DNA from: a virus
Strand: one strand, 5' to 3'
IMG/VR virus record: IMGVR_UViG_3300023184_000029
Coordinates: 122,543 to 186,542 of that record
DNA length: 64,000 nucleotides
Shown in pieces: positions 37,082 to 47,426 of this stretch; the first letter of the stretch is position 1; each line of letters begins with the position of its first letter. The position numbers and the translations under genes were made by a program. Under the pieces are notes generated by a model. It saw only the letters and a list, made by a program, of their open reading frames with translations. It was not told the DNA's origin and did no database searches.

Positions 37082-40000
37082 ATGTACCTAAAAGATAATC
37101 TTAAAAAATGCACTATAAATAATAGTGTTCTAGCAAATGATTTATCTCCTTATAGTTTAATAGAAACGTCTAGCTCTATAAAAATTAAATATGAAGAGAA
37201 TGGTACTGAAAATGAAATTTTTCTTAAATATGATATTTTAAATACTTTGCTAGATAATACTACAGATTTAGATATTTGGCTTCCTGTATTTATCAAGGAT
37301 GATGCTCATGTTAGTAATAAAGTTTTAGGTAGAAATTCCTCTTTCAGACATAAAAGATATGGTATTGAAAATTTTCTATCATTTGTTCCTTCTTTTAATA
37401 CCTGGAAAGTATCTAATCCTGACACATTAATAAAATATGATTGGATCATAAACTCATATATAGTACCTTTTGATGTAGCATATGGGTTATTATGTTGGTA
37501 TAGGAATAGCGATAGAAAAGATGATATTTCTATAGAAGATTTATCTAAAGTGCCAAATGGTACAGTATTAAGGGTTGTTAGTTCCGATGAGCTTGAAACA
37601 AACTCTATAGTAATAAAATATAATCAAGACACTCTTATCTCTACTAATAGAAGTCGAGTAGACTATAGCGAATTATCATCTACACAGGAGCGTAGTACAT
37701 ATTACTTTCATCCCAAGAATAGTTCTAATACTGCAATTTTGATTAAAAATCTAAAATCCACAGTTTTTAGTAAATATTTAGATAAATATAATTTAAATAA
37801 TAATAGTAAGTATACTGAGCTTTGGATAAGTAATGGAGAGCAGTTTTCTTATTTTAATAACGTTAAAGATAAAAATACTGCATATTCTATACAAAGCCCG
37901 AGTGCTTCTAATTCTTATCTGTCGCCATGTTTATATAATAACTATAGGGAAATATATAATTTATTATCTATCAAAAATATTAAAGGTATGGGATCTGGTT
38001 TAAATCTAAGAAAAGCAAGGCTTCTTAAAAAATTATGTCAGATATTGTCAACCTCTCCTATGATGGATAGGACCACACATAGCTATTTATTAAAAGAAGA
38101 GATTCAATCGGCGGTATCTACTTTTTTGGATACTTCTCTATCTAACACAGACAACGAGATATCTGCATTAAAAGATGTTTGTAAGATTATTTTTACTACT
38201 ATAAAAGACCTATCTTTAGGACTTGCGGAAAGTAATTTATCAGATAATTATATAACATCTAGTGAAGCTTTATTCAGAAAAATCACAAATAAATATAGTG
38301 GTTATCTCTCTATTGAGGCTGATACTAATCTAACTTATAAGAATAAGCTTAAAAATGGCCCGCATATTTTTATTAATCAAAATCTACAAAACGTGTGTGA
38401 TAAAACCTTAGAAAATATAGACGTTTTTAACAATCAATCTTTTACGGTAGGAAATATATCTATTGCTACTATTATTAATAGTCAAGATAGTAAAATTATA
38501 CTAAATAAGAATAAAACATTACCTCTATATGATATAGCCAAAAAAGAAAATACCAATAATAGTATTTTTACAGCAGGGCCAGATATCCTTTATCAAGTAG
38601 ATAAAAAAACATACAAAGAAGGTAAAGAAATACAGATAAATCTAGATAGAGTGACAATAGATATACCCAATTCTTCTTTTTTATGGAAACAAGTATCTGG
38701 AAAATGTTTGAGATTTAGTGACTATAATAAAGATAAAAACAGAGTATATAGAATAAAAAACTCAACATTCTCTGAACCTACAGTTTATATCTATGGTATT
38801 GGTAAATATGTTATTAGTTGTTTGGTTACTACAGAAAATGGATCTGTGCAAGATTTTGTAACAATTAATGTTGTTGATACTCCTACTACTATTCAAAATC
38901 AACAATCTATTATTAATCAGCCTGTTATTTTTCCTAGGGAGCCTATTAGATTATCGTCTGATAATTTGAATATAATATGTCCATCATTATCTCAAATAGC
39001 TATTAGTAAATATGGATTATTTTGGCCTCTTAAAAGTAACTCATATATATATGAAGTTAATAATACCAAATCTCCATTAAGATTAGAAGGCAAGTTTCGT
39101 TTTGCTTTTGACGTACAGTCAGTACAACAAAAGGATGCCGATCTGGTATTAGGATATACTCCAAATAATACTAAAATACAAATTAGACAGATTATATTAG
39201 AGAATATGAGAGACAATAAAGATTGTCCAGATTGTGCTCAGTGTAAAAGTTTTTATGAAAATATTTTTGCTAAAGATAAAGATTCCGCTGACTATCATAG
39301 AGAACTTTTTTATCCTGATACTTTTATTTTAAATACATATAATAATCAAGGACAAGTTATCGGTAAAGAGGGTTTTACTTATCCAAAAGTATCTAATAAG
39401 TATGCTCCTGATATTCTATCATACGGGGGATATCCTAATGAAGTTATAGATAAATTGGGTATAAGTTTGCCTAATCATCCAGCACCAGGGGCTGCTTTAC
39501 CACCGGTGATTGGTAATCCTATGACAGCTCCTGAAAGAAACGGAAAAACAAAACATTTATGCTATCTTAAACCTATAAATTATTCAGCTGATTCTGAATA
39601 TATATCAGAGTTTCATAAGGGTGTTTTTCATCCTAATTCTGGATGGATTATTGATCCCGCCACCACCAATAGCATTTTGCAAAAGTATTCTGGTATAGAT
39701 CAAAAAGAGTATGATACTATTAAGAATAAAACTAGTTCATTGAAATTTAATACAGCACATAGAAAAACTTTTACTTTTAAAGGCTCTGGATTTACTAATT
39801 TAGAATCTCTTTATATAGATGGAATTAATGTTCCTAATATTTATTCTAGTTCTATTAATTTAGGAGTTGCTACAGAAATATTACCAGAAAAAACTGTTGG
39901 AGAACCTGATGCTGAACAAATGAAAGCAAAACAAGACAAAGATGAACAGAAAGAAATAAAAGATCTTAATACCCATCTAGGCATCAGAAATTTAAATAAT

Positions 40001-43000
40001 GGCAATAGTCAAAATGTTTTTTTTGATGAATTTATATACGATGAAAATAAAAGCTTAGTCGATCCTGCTTGTCCTATTATTAACAATAGTAGTATCCCTA
40101 CCAATATAGGTAGTGAAGTTTCAGTAGATTATTTTTTTACTGTGAGAGGCTCAAGACTTCCTAAAAAAATTCCCAGAGACTATCCTAGAGTATTACAATC
40201 TAGTGAAATAAATAATTTAAAAATTGAAGATATAGAAGTTAAACTAAATTTTTTAAATTATGTCAATACTAAAAATTTAATAGTTTGGTTAGAAGCAGAT
40301 CTTGCTCCAGAAGCAGCTAAAATATTTTGTGCTGGTAGGAGAAATAAAATAAATGCAGATGACTATTTATATAATAATAATTTAGATTTGGATTCTTTAA
40401 AAAATAGCTTACCAGAAGATACTTTTAGATATTTAGAAGCTATATACAATATGAACAAACCAGAAACTGTATGTCCGACGCCAAAAGAAGTAGAAGATGA
40501 CGAGGTACAAGCAAGCGCTAAAATAAAACTATATTTATTAAATCAAGACCATATATCTCATAATCAATATAATGTTTCTCTAAAATTTTCTGATGGGGCT
40601 CCGTATATAAACGTATTAGCAAATTATAATTTAGTTCAAAATATTAATAAAACACAAAATATTGCAATTAATGAATTACATATCCAACCAACTATAACAG
40701 CTCCTGGATTTAATGACATAGACAGTTTTAAACATAAACAAATTTTATTAAATAATCATATTAACTTATATTACAATAAATTTTCTCAATTTAAAGAATT
40801 ACCATTGTTTCAAGACACAGATGGTCTACCATATGGAGCTACAAAATTCACACTTAAAGTAGCAGTTATCGAAGATACAGACGAGATGAGACTGTATGAT
40901 AACTTGTCTAATAATGATATCTTAAGTCATTATAAAAATACAGAAGAAATTCGCCAGTCTTCACAATTAAACAATTCTTTGTGTAGCTGGGAATTGATAT
41001 TACACACCAGTAGCTCTCCTAAATTTATAGATAAAGATGCTTTAGGGTTAATAGACTATGATAATCCTCCTAAAATACCTGGTTATAATTTTATTGCAAA
41101 TTTTCAAGATAAGAAGCATCTGATTCCTCCAGTAAATCTCAATGCTCCAAACAACTATTTTAATAATATTAATTTGTGTGTATATGACGATCCAACAATA
41201 ATTAGAACTAGTTTTCTAAAACCACCGGAATTCCCTAGTTTTGCTATACTACAAATATTAGCGGGACCTGGATTACTGATAGGAGGCGCTGGTGGTGGTT
41301 TAATAGGATTGTTAGGATCTATGGGTACAGATATGTCAGCAGGATATAGTGAGATCTTTTCTTATCTTAGTAGTATAAGAGAAACGGAGCTATTAAATAG
41401 TTTAGCATATCTTGTTAATAAGGGAAATTATGATACTTGGGGTTTTGGTAATCCAGAAAAGGTTTTACTAAATATTAGCAAAGACAAACTAATATGGTAT
41501 AAATTAGAAGCTAGTATCTTTAAATATACAAATGCCCCTATATTAAATAATAATAAATATAAATTTATTCGACTACACAAAGACATATGCGAAGGTTTGT
41601 CTACTTTTGATTTTACAACAATATCTTCTCTGAGAGATATTTTGGATATAAAAACAACTCTAAGTACCGATGAAAAAATGTCTGGAGAAACTGATGAGCT
41701 TAAAGCAGGAGATATAGTTGAGATCAATGCCCCTGTTGGAGGTTTGTCTAATACTGCTAATAATGGTTTTTATTTTATATCTAAAAATAGTTGGGAAAAA
41801 ATTACTAAAGCATTATTAATAAAAAATTTAATAGATCCTAATATTATAGATCTAGATTTAAATACTCTTACTACTTCGGATTTAGGAACATCTAAATCAA
41901 AAGTTTTTTCTGTACTAATACAAGGATCAAGAGCCTATCATTTTTTCAATAAAAACAATACAGTTTCAATAAACGAAAAAACATATACCATAAAAAATAC
42001 AGGAACTATTATAAAAAATAATTTATTATATACAATATTAACACTTTCATCAACAAATAGCGTAGTCGTTCCGTCCTCTGGGGTCATAGCTTTTAACACT
42101 TTCCAGTCGGATGTATTATTAGTATATAAACCAGAAACAACTATTTCTGCAGAAAATTTACCATTTAATAGATGGGGTTTAGAAAAATCTGTAGCTAATA
42201 ATCAGACAAGAATAGTACCGGACCAGTTTTTTTCACTATTAGGAGAAGGATCATATGGTACTGGCTCTAGTTTTCTAAGACCAAATATTCTTAGCAGCGT
42301 AGAAAAACATAATCGTCTAGATAATATTTATGATATTTTTAATAATCATCAAAACGATAAATATAAATATAATAAAATAACTTTTACTCTTGGAGATAAA
42401 AAAAAGATTCTAACTGGAGCTAAAATTTCTGGTAAACCATATTCTATGGAAGATTTATCATATTTTATACATAATAATTTTAAATTAGTATCCAACGACA
42501 CGAATGATACTGCTAAACAATTACTTATTAAAGAAATTAATAAAATTATTCTAAATAAAACCACCTTTAAAAATCAACAAAATTTTATTTTTATTGACTT
42601 AAAAAGCGATCAATTTACACAATCTTTTTTTGAAAAAACTTCTGAACCAGATGCAGAAGGCAATACTTCTATTACAACTATAGATTATGGAGATATAGAA
42701 ATTGAAAATGACTATATAGTTGAAACTCCTATAAATGCAATAACAAAATTAGACATAGACATTTTAACAAATAGGCTGTCGGCTTTAAATTTAGTATCAT
42801 CTAATGAAGAAAATATTACTATAGATAAAATTAATACTTTGAGTATTCCTGATCTTATATCTTTATCTAAAAAACTTGACCCCGATCCTGCCGAGTGCTA
42901 TACCAATTCTAGTGGAACTGAATGTCCACAAAAAATAATTAAAAATAAATTAAATACTTTATATAATGAAAAAAATAAGATAATCCAAACACTAAACACT

Positions 43001-44056
43001 TATGCTAAAAAAAATACAAATGATACAAAGACCCCGACACCAACCACCACAGGATCAACCCCAACACCAACTCCAACAGCATCAGTTAACCTTGTTTCAT
43101 ATGAACCTTTGCCACTAAACGGAGTATTGCCATATGAAACTATAGAGATAACTCTGGATGAATATGGAGCGGTTATAATAAAAAATAAAACAAATGATGA
43201 TAATTACTGGATTAATATAGATCCTCATCAGGGATGTTCTTTAGCAAGAGATGCTACGATAAAAATTTTAAGCAAAATAGAATATGAGTGTGTGTCTACC
43301 CTGAGAACTGCGGTCGCCGGTGGAGGCACAAATCCTATTCAGCCATCAAATTTTCAGCACGTTTGTCCAAACAAAATATCATCTTTTCCTCCTGGTTTAG
43401 GCAAAGATATGCAGTTTACTAATAAAACAACCAGCTTCACATATACTGTACCAAAAGATATTATAGATACACAAAAACAACAATATCCTTCGATAACTTC
43501 TTGGGAAGAAATTACCATGCCCGGCCCCAAAGCAGGGGGTCCAACAAGAACTTTTGCTTTACATGCAGATAGAACAGACGGTACCTCAACGAACAGAGAC
43601 GTAATGGTATTAGCATATGAAAAATATTGGATGCCATCAAGTGAACTAATTAATCAGAGTAATTTAGAACCAGATGGAGATGTTAAAAATAAGGTTCAAG
43701 ATATTTTTAACTTAGATGATACAGAAAAGCTTTATGTTCAATTTAGAAACATACCAAGAAAATTAAGAAATATAGATCAGCATAATAGTAATATGATTCC
43801 TGGTACTGACGGTAGCTACTATAGATCTGGAGTTAATTCGGGTGCCGAAGTTAATAACTATTTTGTTGCGTGGCATTCTATCGATTCAGAAACAGGTTCT
43901 TCTATAGAGATACCGGATTATTATAAATTACAAAATGAGATGATCTTTCGATCATTTTTTGGTAGTGTAGATGGCATAGAGAATAAGAATAGTAATCAGT
44001 TTAATAATCTAGAACCCTTTGAATGGATACCGTACGAATATGACCAAGACAAATAA
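37082..44056 (+). CDS. Giant virion protein with PKD/REJ-like and proprotein-convertase P-domain-like modules
   Basis: SSFLWKQVSG...GIGKYVISCLVTTENG...DFVTINV (PKD-like, about 38600-38870). KIEDIEVKLNFLNY...NLIVWLE ... KFTLKVAV ... LCSWELILH (P-domain-like, about 40200-41010). Confidence 0.65.
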   Translation: MYLKDNLKKCTINNSVLANDLSPYSLIETSSSIKIKYEENGTENEIFLKYDILNTLLDNTTDLDIWLPVFIKDDAHVSNKVLGRNSSFRHKRYGIENFLSFVPSFNTWKVSNPDTLIKYDWIINSYIVPFDVAYGLLCWYRNSDRKDDISIEDLSKVPNGTVLRVVSSDELETNSIVIKYNQDTLISTNRSRVDYSELSSTQERSTYYFHPKNSSNTAILIKNLKSTVFSKYLDKYNLNNNSKYTELWISNGEQFSYFNNVKDKNTAYSIQSPSASNSYLSPCLYNNYREIYNLLSIKNIKGMGSGLNLRKARLLKKLCQILSTSPMMDRTTHSYLLKEEIQSAVSTFLDTSLSNTDNEISALKDVCKIIFTTIKDLSLGLAESNLSDNYITSSEALFRKITNKYSGYLSIEADTNLTYKNKLKNGPHIFINQNLQNVCDKTLENIDVFNNQSFTVGNISIATIINSQDSKIILNKNKTLPLYDIAKKENTNNSIFTAGPDILYQVDKKTYKEGKEIQINLDRVTIDIPNSSFLWKQVSGKCLRFSDYNKDKNRVYRIKNSTFSEPTVYIYGIGKYVISCLVTTENGSVQDFVTINVVDTPTTIQNQQSIINQPVIFPREPIRLSSDNLNIICPSLSQIAISKYGLFWPLKSNSYIYEVNNTKSPLRLEGKFRFAFDVQSVQQKDADLVLGYTPNNTKIQIRQIILENMRDNKDCPDCAQCKSFYENIFAKDKDSADYHRELFYPDTFILNTYNNQGQVIGKEGFTYPKVSNKYAPDILSYGGYPNEVIDKLGISLPNHPAPGAALPPVIGNPMTAPERNGKTKHLCYLKPINYSADSEYISEFHKGVFHPNSGWIIDPATTNSILQKYSGIDQKEYDTIKNKTSSLKFNTAHRKTFTFKGSGFTNLESLYIDGINVPNIYSSSINLGVATEILPEKTVGEPDAEQMKAKQDKDEQKEIKDLNTHLGIRNLNNGNSQNVFFDEFIYDENKSLVDPACPIINNSSIPTNIGSEVSVDYFFTVRGSRLPKKIPRDYPRVLQSSEINNLKIEDIEVKLNFLNYVNTKNLIVWLEADLAPEAAKIFCAGRRNKINADDYLYNNNLDLDSLKNSLPEDTFRYLEAIYNMNKPETVCPTPKEVEDDEVQASAKIKLYLLNQDHISHNQYNVSLKFSDGAPYINVLANYNLVQNINKTQNIAINELHIQPTITAPGFNDIDSFKHKQILLNNHINLYYNKFSQFKELPLFQDTDGLPYGATKFTLKVAVIEDTDEMRLYDNLSNNDILSHYKNTEEIRQSSQLNNSLCSWELILHTSSSPKFIDKDALGLIDYDNPPKIPGYNFIANFQDKKHLIPPVNLNAPNNYFNNINLCVYDDPTIIRTSFLKPPEFPSFAILQILAGPGLLIGGAGGGLIGLLGSMGTDMSAGYSEIFSYLSSIRETELLNSLAYLVNKGNYDTWGFGNPEKVLLNISKDKLIWYKLEASIFKYTNAPILNNNKYKFIRLHKDICEGLSTFDFTTISSLRDILDIKTTLSTDEKMSGETDELKAGDIVEINAPVGGLSNTANNGFYFISKNSWEKITKALLIKNLIDPNIIDLDLNTLTTSDLGTSKSKVFSVLIQGSRAYHFFNKNNTVSINEKTYTIKNTGTIIKNNLLYTILTLSSTNSVVVPSSGVIAFNTFQSDVLLVYKPETTISAENLPFNRWGLEKSVANNQTRIVPDQFFSLLGEGSYGTGSSFLRPNILSSVEKHNRLDNIYDIFNNHQNDKYKYNKITFTLGDKKKILTGAKISGKPYSMEDLSYFIHNNFKLVSNDTNDTAKQLLIKEINKIILNKTTFKNQQNFIFIDLKSDQFTQSFFEKTSEPDAEGNTSITTIDYGDIEIENDYIVETPINAITKLDIDILTNRLSALNLVSSNEENITIDKINTLSIPDLISLSKKLDPDPAECYTNSSGTECPQKIIKNKLNTLYNEKNKIIQTLNTYAKKNTNDTKTPTPTTTGSTPTPTPTASVNLVSYEPLPLNGVLPYETIEITLDEYGAVIIKNKTNDDNYWINIDPHQGCSLARDATIKILSKIEYECVSTLRTAVAGGGTNPIQPSNFQHVCPNKISSFPPGLGKDMQFTNKTTSFTYTVPKDIIDTQKQQYPSITSWEEITMPGPKAGGPTRTFALHADRTDGTSTNRDVMVLAYEKYWMPSSELINQSNLEPDGDVKNKVQDIFNLDDTEKLYVQFRNIPRKLRNIDQHNSNMIPGTDGSYYRSGVNSGAEVNNYFVAWHSIDSETGSSIEIPDYYKLQNEMIFRSFFGSVDGIENKNSNQFNNLEPFEWIPYEYDQDK

Positions 44057-44402
44057 TATTTTTTGTGATTATATATATATAGGAAATAATAATTATATAT
44101 GCTCTAAATGTAAAACAAAAATAACTATTAGTGATCAGAATACGGAACCTCCTATATTCCCGTGCTCGTCTCTGTTCACAGAACAAAAAATTGAAGAGAT
44201 AAAAGACCTAGCATCATCCACAGTTGATAATGTTGTTTTATGCGAAGATACAGAAGTATCTCGCAGATTGAGTATCTGTAAAAGTTGTGATTTTTACAGT
44301 AACAATACCTGTTCAAAATGTGGATGCGTACTTATGAACACTGCAATGTTTGCTGGCAAATTAACTCAAAAAGATAGTACTTGTCCGATAGAAAAATGGT
44401 AA
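44040..44402 (+). CDS. Small Cys-rich protein (DUF6171-like)
   Basis: RRLSICKSCDFY...CSKCGC.......K.....STCPIEKW pattern. The start could be 44019 or 44040. Confidence 0.65.
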   Translation: MTKTNNIFCDYIYIGNNNYICSKCKTKITISDQNTEPPIFPCSSLFTEQKIEEIKDLASSTVDNVVLCEDTEVSRRLSICKSCDFYSNNTCSKCGCVLMNTAMFAGKLTQKDSTCPIEKW

Positions 44403-44729
44403 TTAGTCTTTTTTATTTGACTGATATTTATACCATCCTTTATTTGGCAAATAATTACCGTCATCATCTTTTCTTTTTGGGAATAAGGTTCCACCCTTTT
44501 TGTGTTGACCAAATGCCAGAACAGCACCGCAATCGTTGCACTTAAGTTCGTAGTAGTCGTTACCATCTACGTTTCTTACTATAAAACGTATATTAGTACT
44601 ACCACACAATCCACACTTAGTTTCACTAAATATTTCTTGTATCAGAGCTAGTTCTTTAAAAATTTCTTTTTGTCCTGATCCTTCTAGCTCAAATTCTAGC
44701 TTATCATTTGCCTTATAATTTACTTTCAT
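44403..44729 (-). CDS. Hypothetical zinc-ribbon protein
   Basis: Two CxxC pairs (KCGLCGS, KCNDCGA). Confidence 0.75.
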   Translation of the reverse strand: MKVNYKANDKLEFELEGSGQKEIFKELALIQEIFSETKCGLCGSTNIRFIVRNVDGNDYYELKCNDCGAVLAFGQHKKGGTLFPKRKDDDGNYLPNKGWYKYQSNKKD

Positions 44730-44733
44730 TGTA

Positions 44734-45459
44734 TCACTTCCATTCAGTATTATAGCCTAGGGTTTCTGGTGGTATATCACTAATATTTTGTTGGAATTTG
44801 GATAGTAGTCTCACGATAGAAACAGCATCCTCATGTCCCAGCAAATATATATTTTTATGTTCCAAGTTGTTAGTTTCTAATAACTTGCTAACATTTATAT
44901 TAAGTCTTTTTGCCATTACGTCAATAAAATTAATTTGATTATTTGTAATCTTAGAGACTGTACTTTCATCTGGATGGTCCTCAATATCTTTGGCAACCTC
45001 TTCTGCCGCTACTACTTTTCTTAGTTTTAGACCTCTACGCAAAGCTCTGCCCTCTGCTCTGGTTTCGGCCACGGCAACTGGATGATTACGATAGATCTTA
45101 TCACAATTTCCCCAGTAAACGTCAGCAGCACCACTTACAGACCTGTATTTAGATTCTTCGGGAACAGAGCCATCTTTTAAATAAAAGGCCAGCCTGTGGA
45201 CTACCGTGGCCCTTTTTTCGTTTTCCGGGGAAGGAGACTGGACTACTTCGGTAGTTGATTCTATAAGATCGCAATTTAAACATTTTTCAAAAATTCTGCG
45301 TAATCCATCTGTAGTAGGATTCCCTGCAATTTTCTCGTCCTCATTAAGCATACCTAGCACATGCTCAGTCCATTCCGGATCATTGGGAGATACAACAGGA
45401 GGAACTTCGTTAATTATTGTGTTCACAGGCTCAACCATATCTTTTTTCTTTGGTGTCAT
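44734..45459 (-). CDS. Rad52/Sak-like single-strand annealing protein
   Basis: RATVVHRLAF...SGAADV...HPVAVAETRAEGRALRRGL resembles the Rad52/22-family 'AET.A..RAL' helix. Confidence 0.55.
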   Translation of the reverse strand: MTPKKKDMVEPVNTIINEVPPVVSPNDPEWTEHVLGMLNEDEKIAGNPTTDGLRRIFEKCLNCDLIESTTEVVQSPSPENEKRATVVHRLAFYLKDGSVPEESKYRSVSGAADVYWGNCDKIYRNHPVAVAETRAEGRALRRGLKLRKVVAAEEVAKDIEDHPDESTVSKITNNQINFIDVMAKRLNINVSKLLETNNLEHKNIYLLGHEDAVSIVRLLSKFQQNISDIPPETLGYNTEWK

Positions 45460-45461
45460 AA

Positions 45462-46268
45462 TTAGTCCTTAATTTCTAAATTTCTTTGATCTACAGGAGG
45501 AAATTTTAATGATATAATATTAATATGTTTCATTAAATTATCGAATATTAATCTAGACCTACTCTTAGAAAAGTCTTTGGTTTGTTTTATTCTTATAAGA
45601 ACCAAACCTTTTCCCAAAATCAGTCCTTGTTTCTTGGAGTCATAAGTTTGTGTTTTTTTAAGAGCGTCCTCTCCCCAGATGGGAAGAAAGTGAGACGGAC
45701 CATCTACTTCTATTGCTGTATTAATCTTAGGCAGAAACAGGTCTATCTGCAACTTGGTATTTATAAGACTTTGTTCTTTGTGAAATTCTACATCAAAGCC
45801 ATGAGCAAGCAATTCTGATAATAGGAATTTTTCTAATTTTGACCCTACTTTACTAGTATGTCTAACGCTGTTGTTTGCTAATTTTATTATAGAAGCTTTT
45901 TTATCTTCGCTCATTTGTTCCCAATTATCTCTAATCTTTTCTTTTCGTTTTTGTAGTTCTACATTATCTAGTTTGTCCCAAGCTTTTAGTACGCCCATTC
46001 CTATTTTGTCTTTGGTCTGTTGATCTCTTTTTTTACCTTTTGTTGGATGTTTATGTTTGCCTGAGCCCAAAGCATTTTTTTGTGCTTCTGATTTATTCCG
46101 TATGGGTATATTAAATTTTATAGCATCTCTTCTTATACGATTAGCATAAGTATCATATAAAGAAGCAATGTCAGCAAAGCTATGATTTTTAGTAGTATAT
46201 AAATCATTAATCAGTTTACTTTTTTCTTGACTAGATAGCTTACTATATGATTTGTTCAAGTTCTTCAT
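45462..46268 (-). CDS. Putative free-standing homing endonuclease (HTH/NUMOD3-like plus Vsr/DUF559-like PD-(D/E)xK domain)
   Basis: Basic repeats (HPTKGKKRDQQTKDKI) and a C-terminal IDLFLPKINTAIEVDGPSHF...YDSKKQ. Confidence 0.65.
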   Translation of the reverse strand: MKNLNKSYSKLSSQEKSKLINDLYTTKNHSFADIASLYDTYANRIRRDAIKFNIPIRNKSEAQKNALGSGKHKHPTKGKKRDQQTKDKIGMGVLKAWDKLDNVELQKRKEKIRDNWEQMSEDKKASIIKLANNSVRHTSKVGSKLEKFLLSELLAHGFDVEFHKEQSLINTKLQIDLFLPKINTAIEVDGPSHFLPIWGEDALKKTQTYDSKKQGLILGKGLVLIRIKQTKDFSKSRSRLIFDNLMKHINIISLKFPPVDQRNLEIKD

Positions 46269-46704
46269 AATTAAATGTCTCCGTAATTCCTATAGGTTTT
46301 TTCCAGCATAGTTCATATATATCAAATAATTCTTGGTTTTTAGTGATAATACTAATATTATTATGATCAAATAAAGATTTCCACTGATGAAATAAAACAG
46401 CAGGATCATCTATCCATGGAACATTGTAGGCATAAAAATATCTATTTTTAATATTGGTAAAATTTTTAGTTAATAACAAAGACGCTATATCAAATATTAT
46501 AAGATCTCCTTGGAAAAATCTCGCATGACTCAAATGTAAAATAGGTATATTTTTAATGTCTATTTTATCACAGAAACTATTGAATATGCATATATTACTA
46601 TATGGATTATTATCAATTAATTTTTGTGTGGTGTCTACAATAGAATTATATATATCTGCATTCTGTAACTTAATTAGTATCAAGCCTAAATTTTTAGATT
46701 TCAT
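46243..46704 (-). CDS. Hypothetical protein (possibly a GT-B N-lobe-like fragment)
   Basis: 153 aa, co-oriented and overlapping within the GT-like cluster. Fold assignment is weak. Confidence 0.5.
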   Translation of the reverse strand: MKSKNLGLILIKLQNADIYNSIVDTTQKLIDNNPYSNICIFNSFCDKIDIKNIPILHLSHARFFQGDLIIFDIASLLLTKNFTNIKNRYFYAYNVPWIDDPAVLFHQWKSLFDHNNISIITKNQELFDIYELCWKKPIGITETFNYEELEQII

Positions 46705-47426
46705 AGTATATTATCATATAAAAAATTGAGATATGTTGATGTATTAAGTTCCGAGATATTCTGCATCGATTCACCCGATAAAGATTCAATCTCGTCTAAG
46801 CTTATAGGAATAGCGCCGCATAGTTTGGCTTCTAGCGCATAGTCTTTATCATTAATTACCAAATAATATTTAGTATTATTCAATAGTTCAATTTTATTAA
46901 GTTCTGTAATAGTTCCCATATTTTGAGGATGTTTGAATAAAACATGATTAAATAATTTAATATCTATTTTCTTATTAGGGTATAAATGTTGTTTTAGCTC
47001 TAATGGTATCTCTGGTATATTCTCTAGAAAGCTTATGATATGATATTTTTTACCAGGGTCTCCGGTATTGTTACATAAACCAGGGTTATATAAAGTAGGT
47101 ATATATATACTAGGATAATTAATATCTTTATCATGACACAGATGAGTTATTTGTAAGTTTTCTATTCTTTTATAAAGATCTATATTAAATTTATTGGTAT
47201 GATAGATACTAATTTTATTAGTTCCATGATAATTTGTTATAAAATCTAGAATTTCATTATCTATTAAGATATCATCAAATAGATAGTGCGTACAGTTATT
47301 TTGTGTGTGTATTTTGTAAATATCTTTATTTACAGATTGTGATACTATATCTATATTATTTAGGTCTCGTAAAGAGATCAAATTATCTATAAATTTAGAC
47401 CTGTAGTATTGAATAAAAAGTTTCAT
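46701..47426 (-). CDS. Degenerate GT-B/GT4-like protein
   Basis: C-terminal DYALEAKLCGAIPI resembles the GT4 'lEA.acG.Pvi' motif. Confidence 0.5.
   Translation of the reverse strand: MKLFIQYYRSKFIDNLISLRDLNNIDIVSQSVNKDIYKIHTQNNCTHYLFDDILIDNEILDFITNYHGTNKISIYHTNKFNIDLYKRIENLQITHLCHDKDINYPSIYIPTLYNPGLCNNTGDPGKKYHIISFLENIPEIPLELKQHLYPNKKIDIKLFNHVLFKHPQNMGTITELNKIELLNNTKYYLVINDKDYALEAKLCGAIPISLDEIESLSGESMQNISELNTSTYLNFLYDNIL

Noticed and set aside
2581-43000. Many short opposite-strand or alternate-frame ORFs within the large + genes
   Set aside because: They are fully nested, show no motifs or RBS, and are expected shadows of long ORFs.
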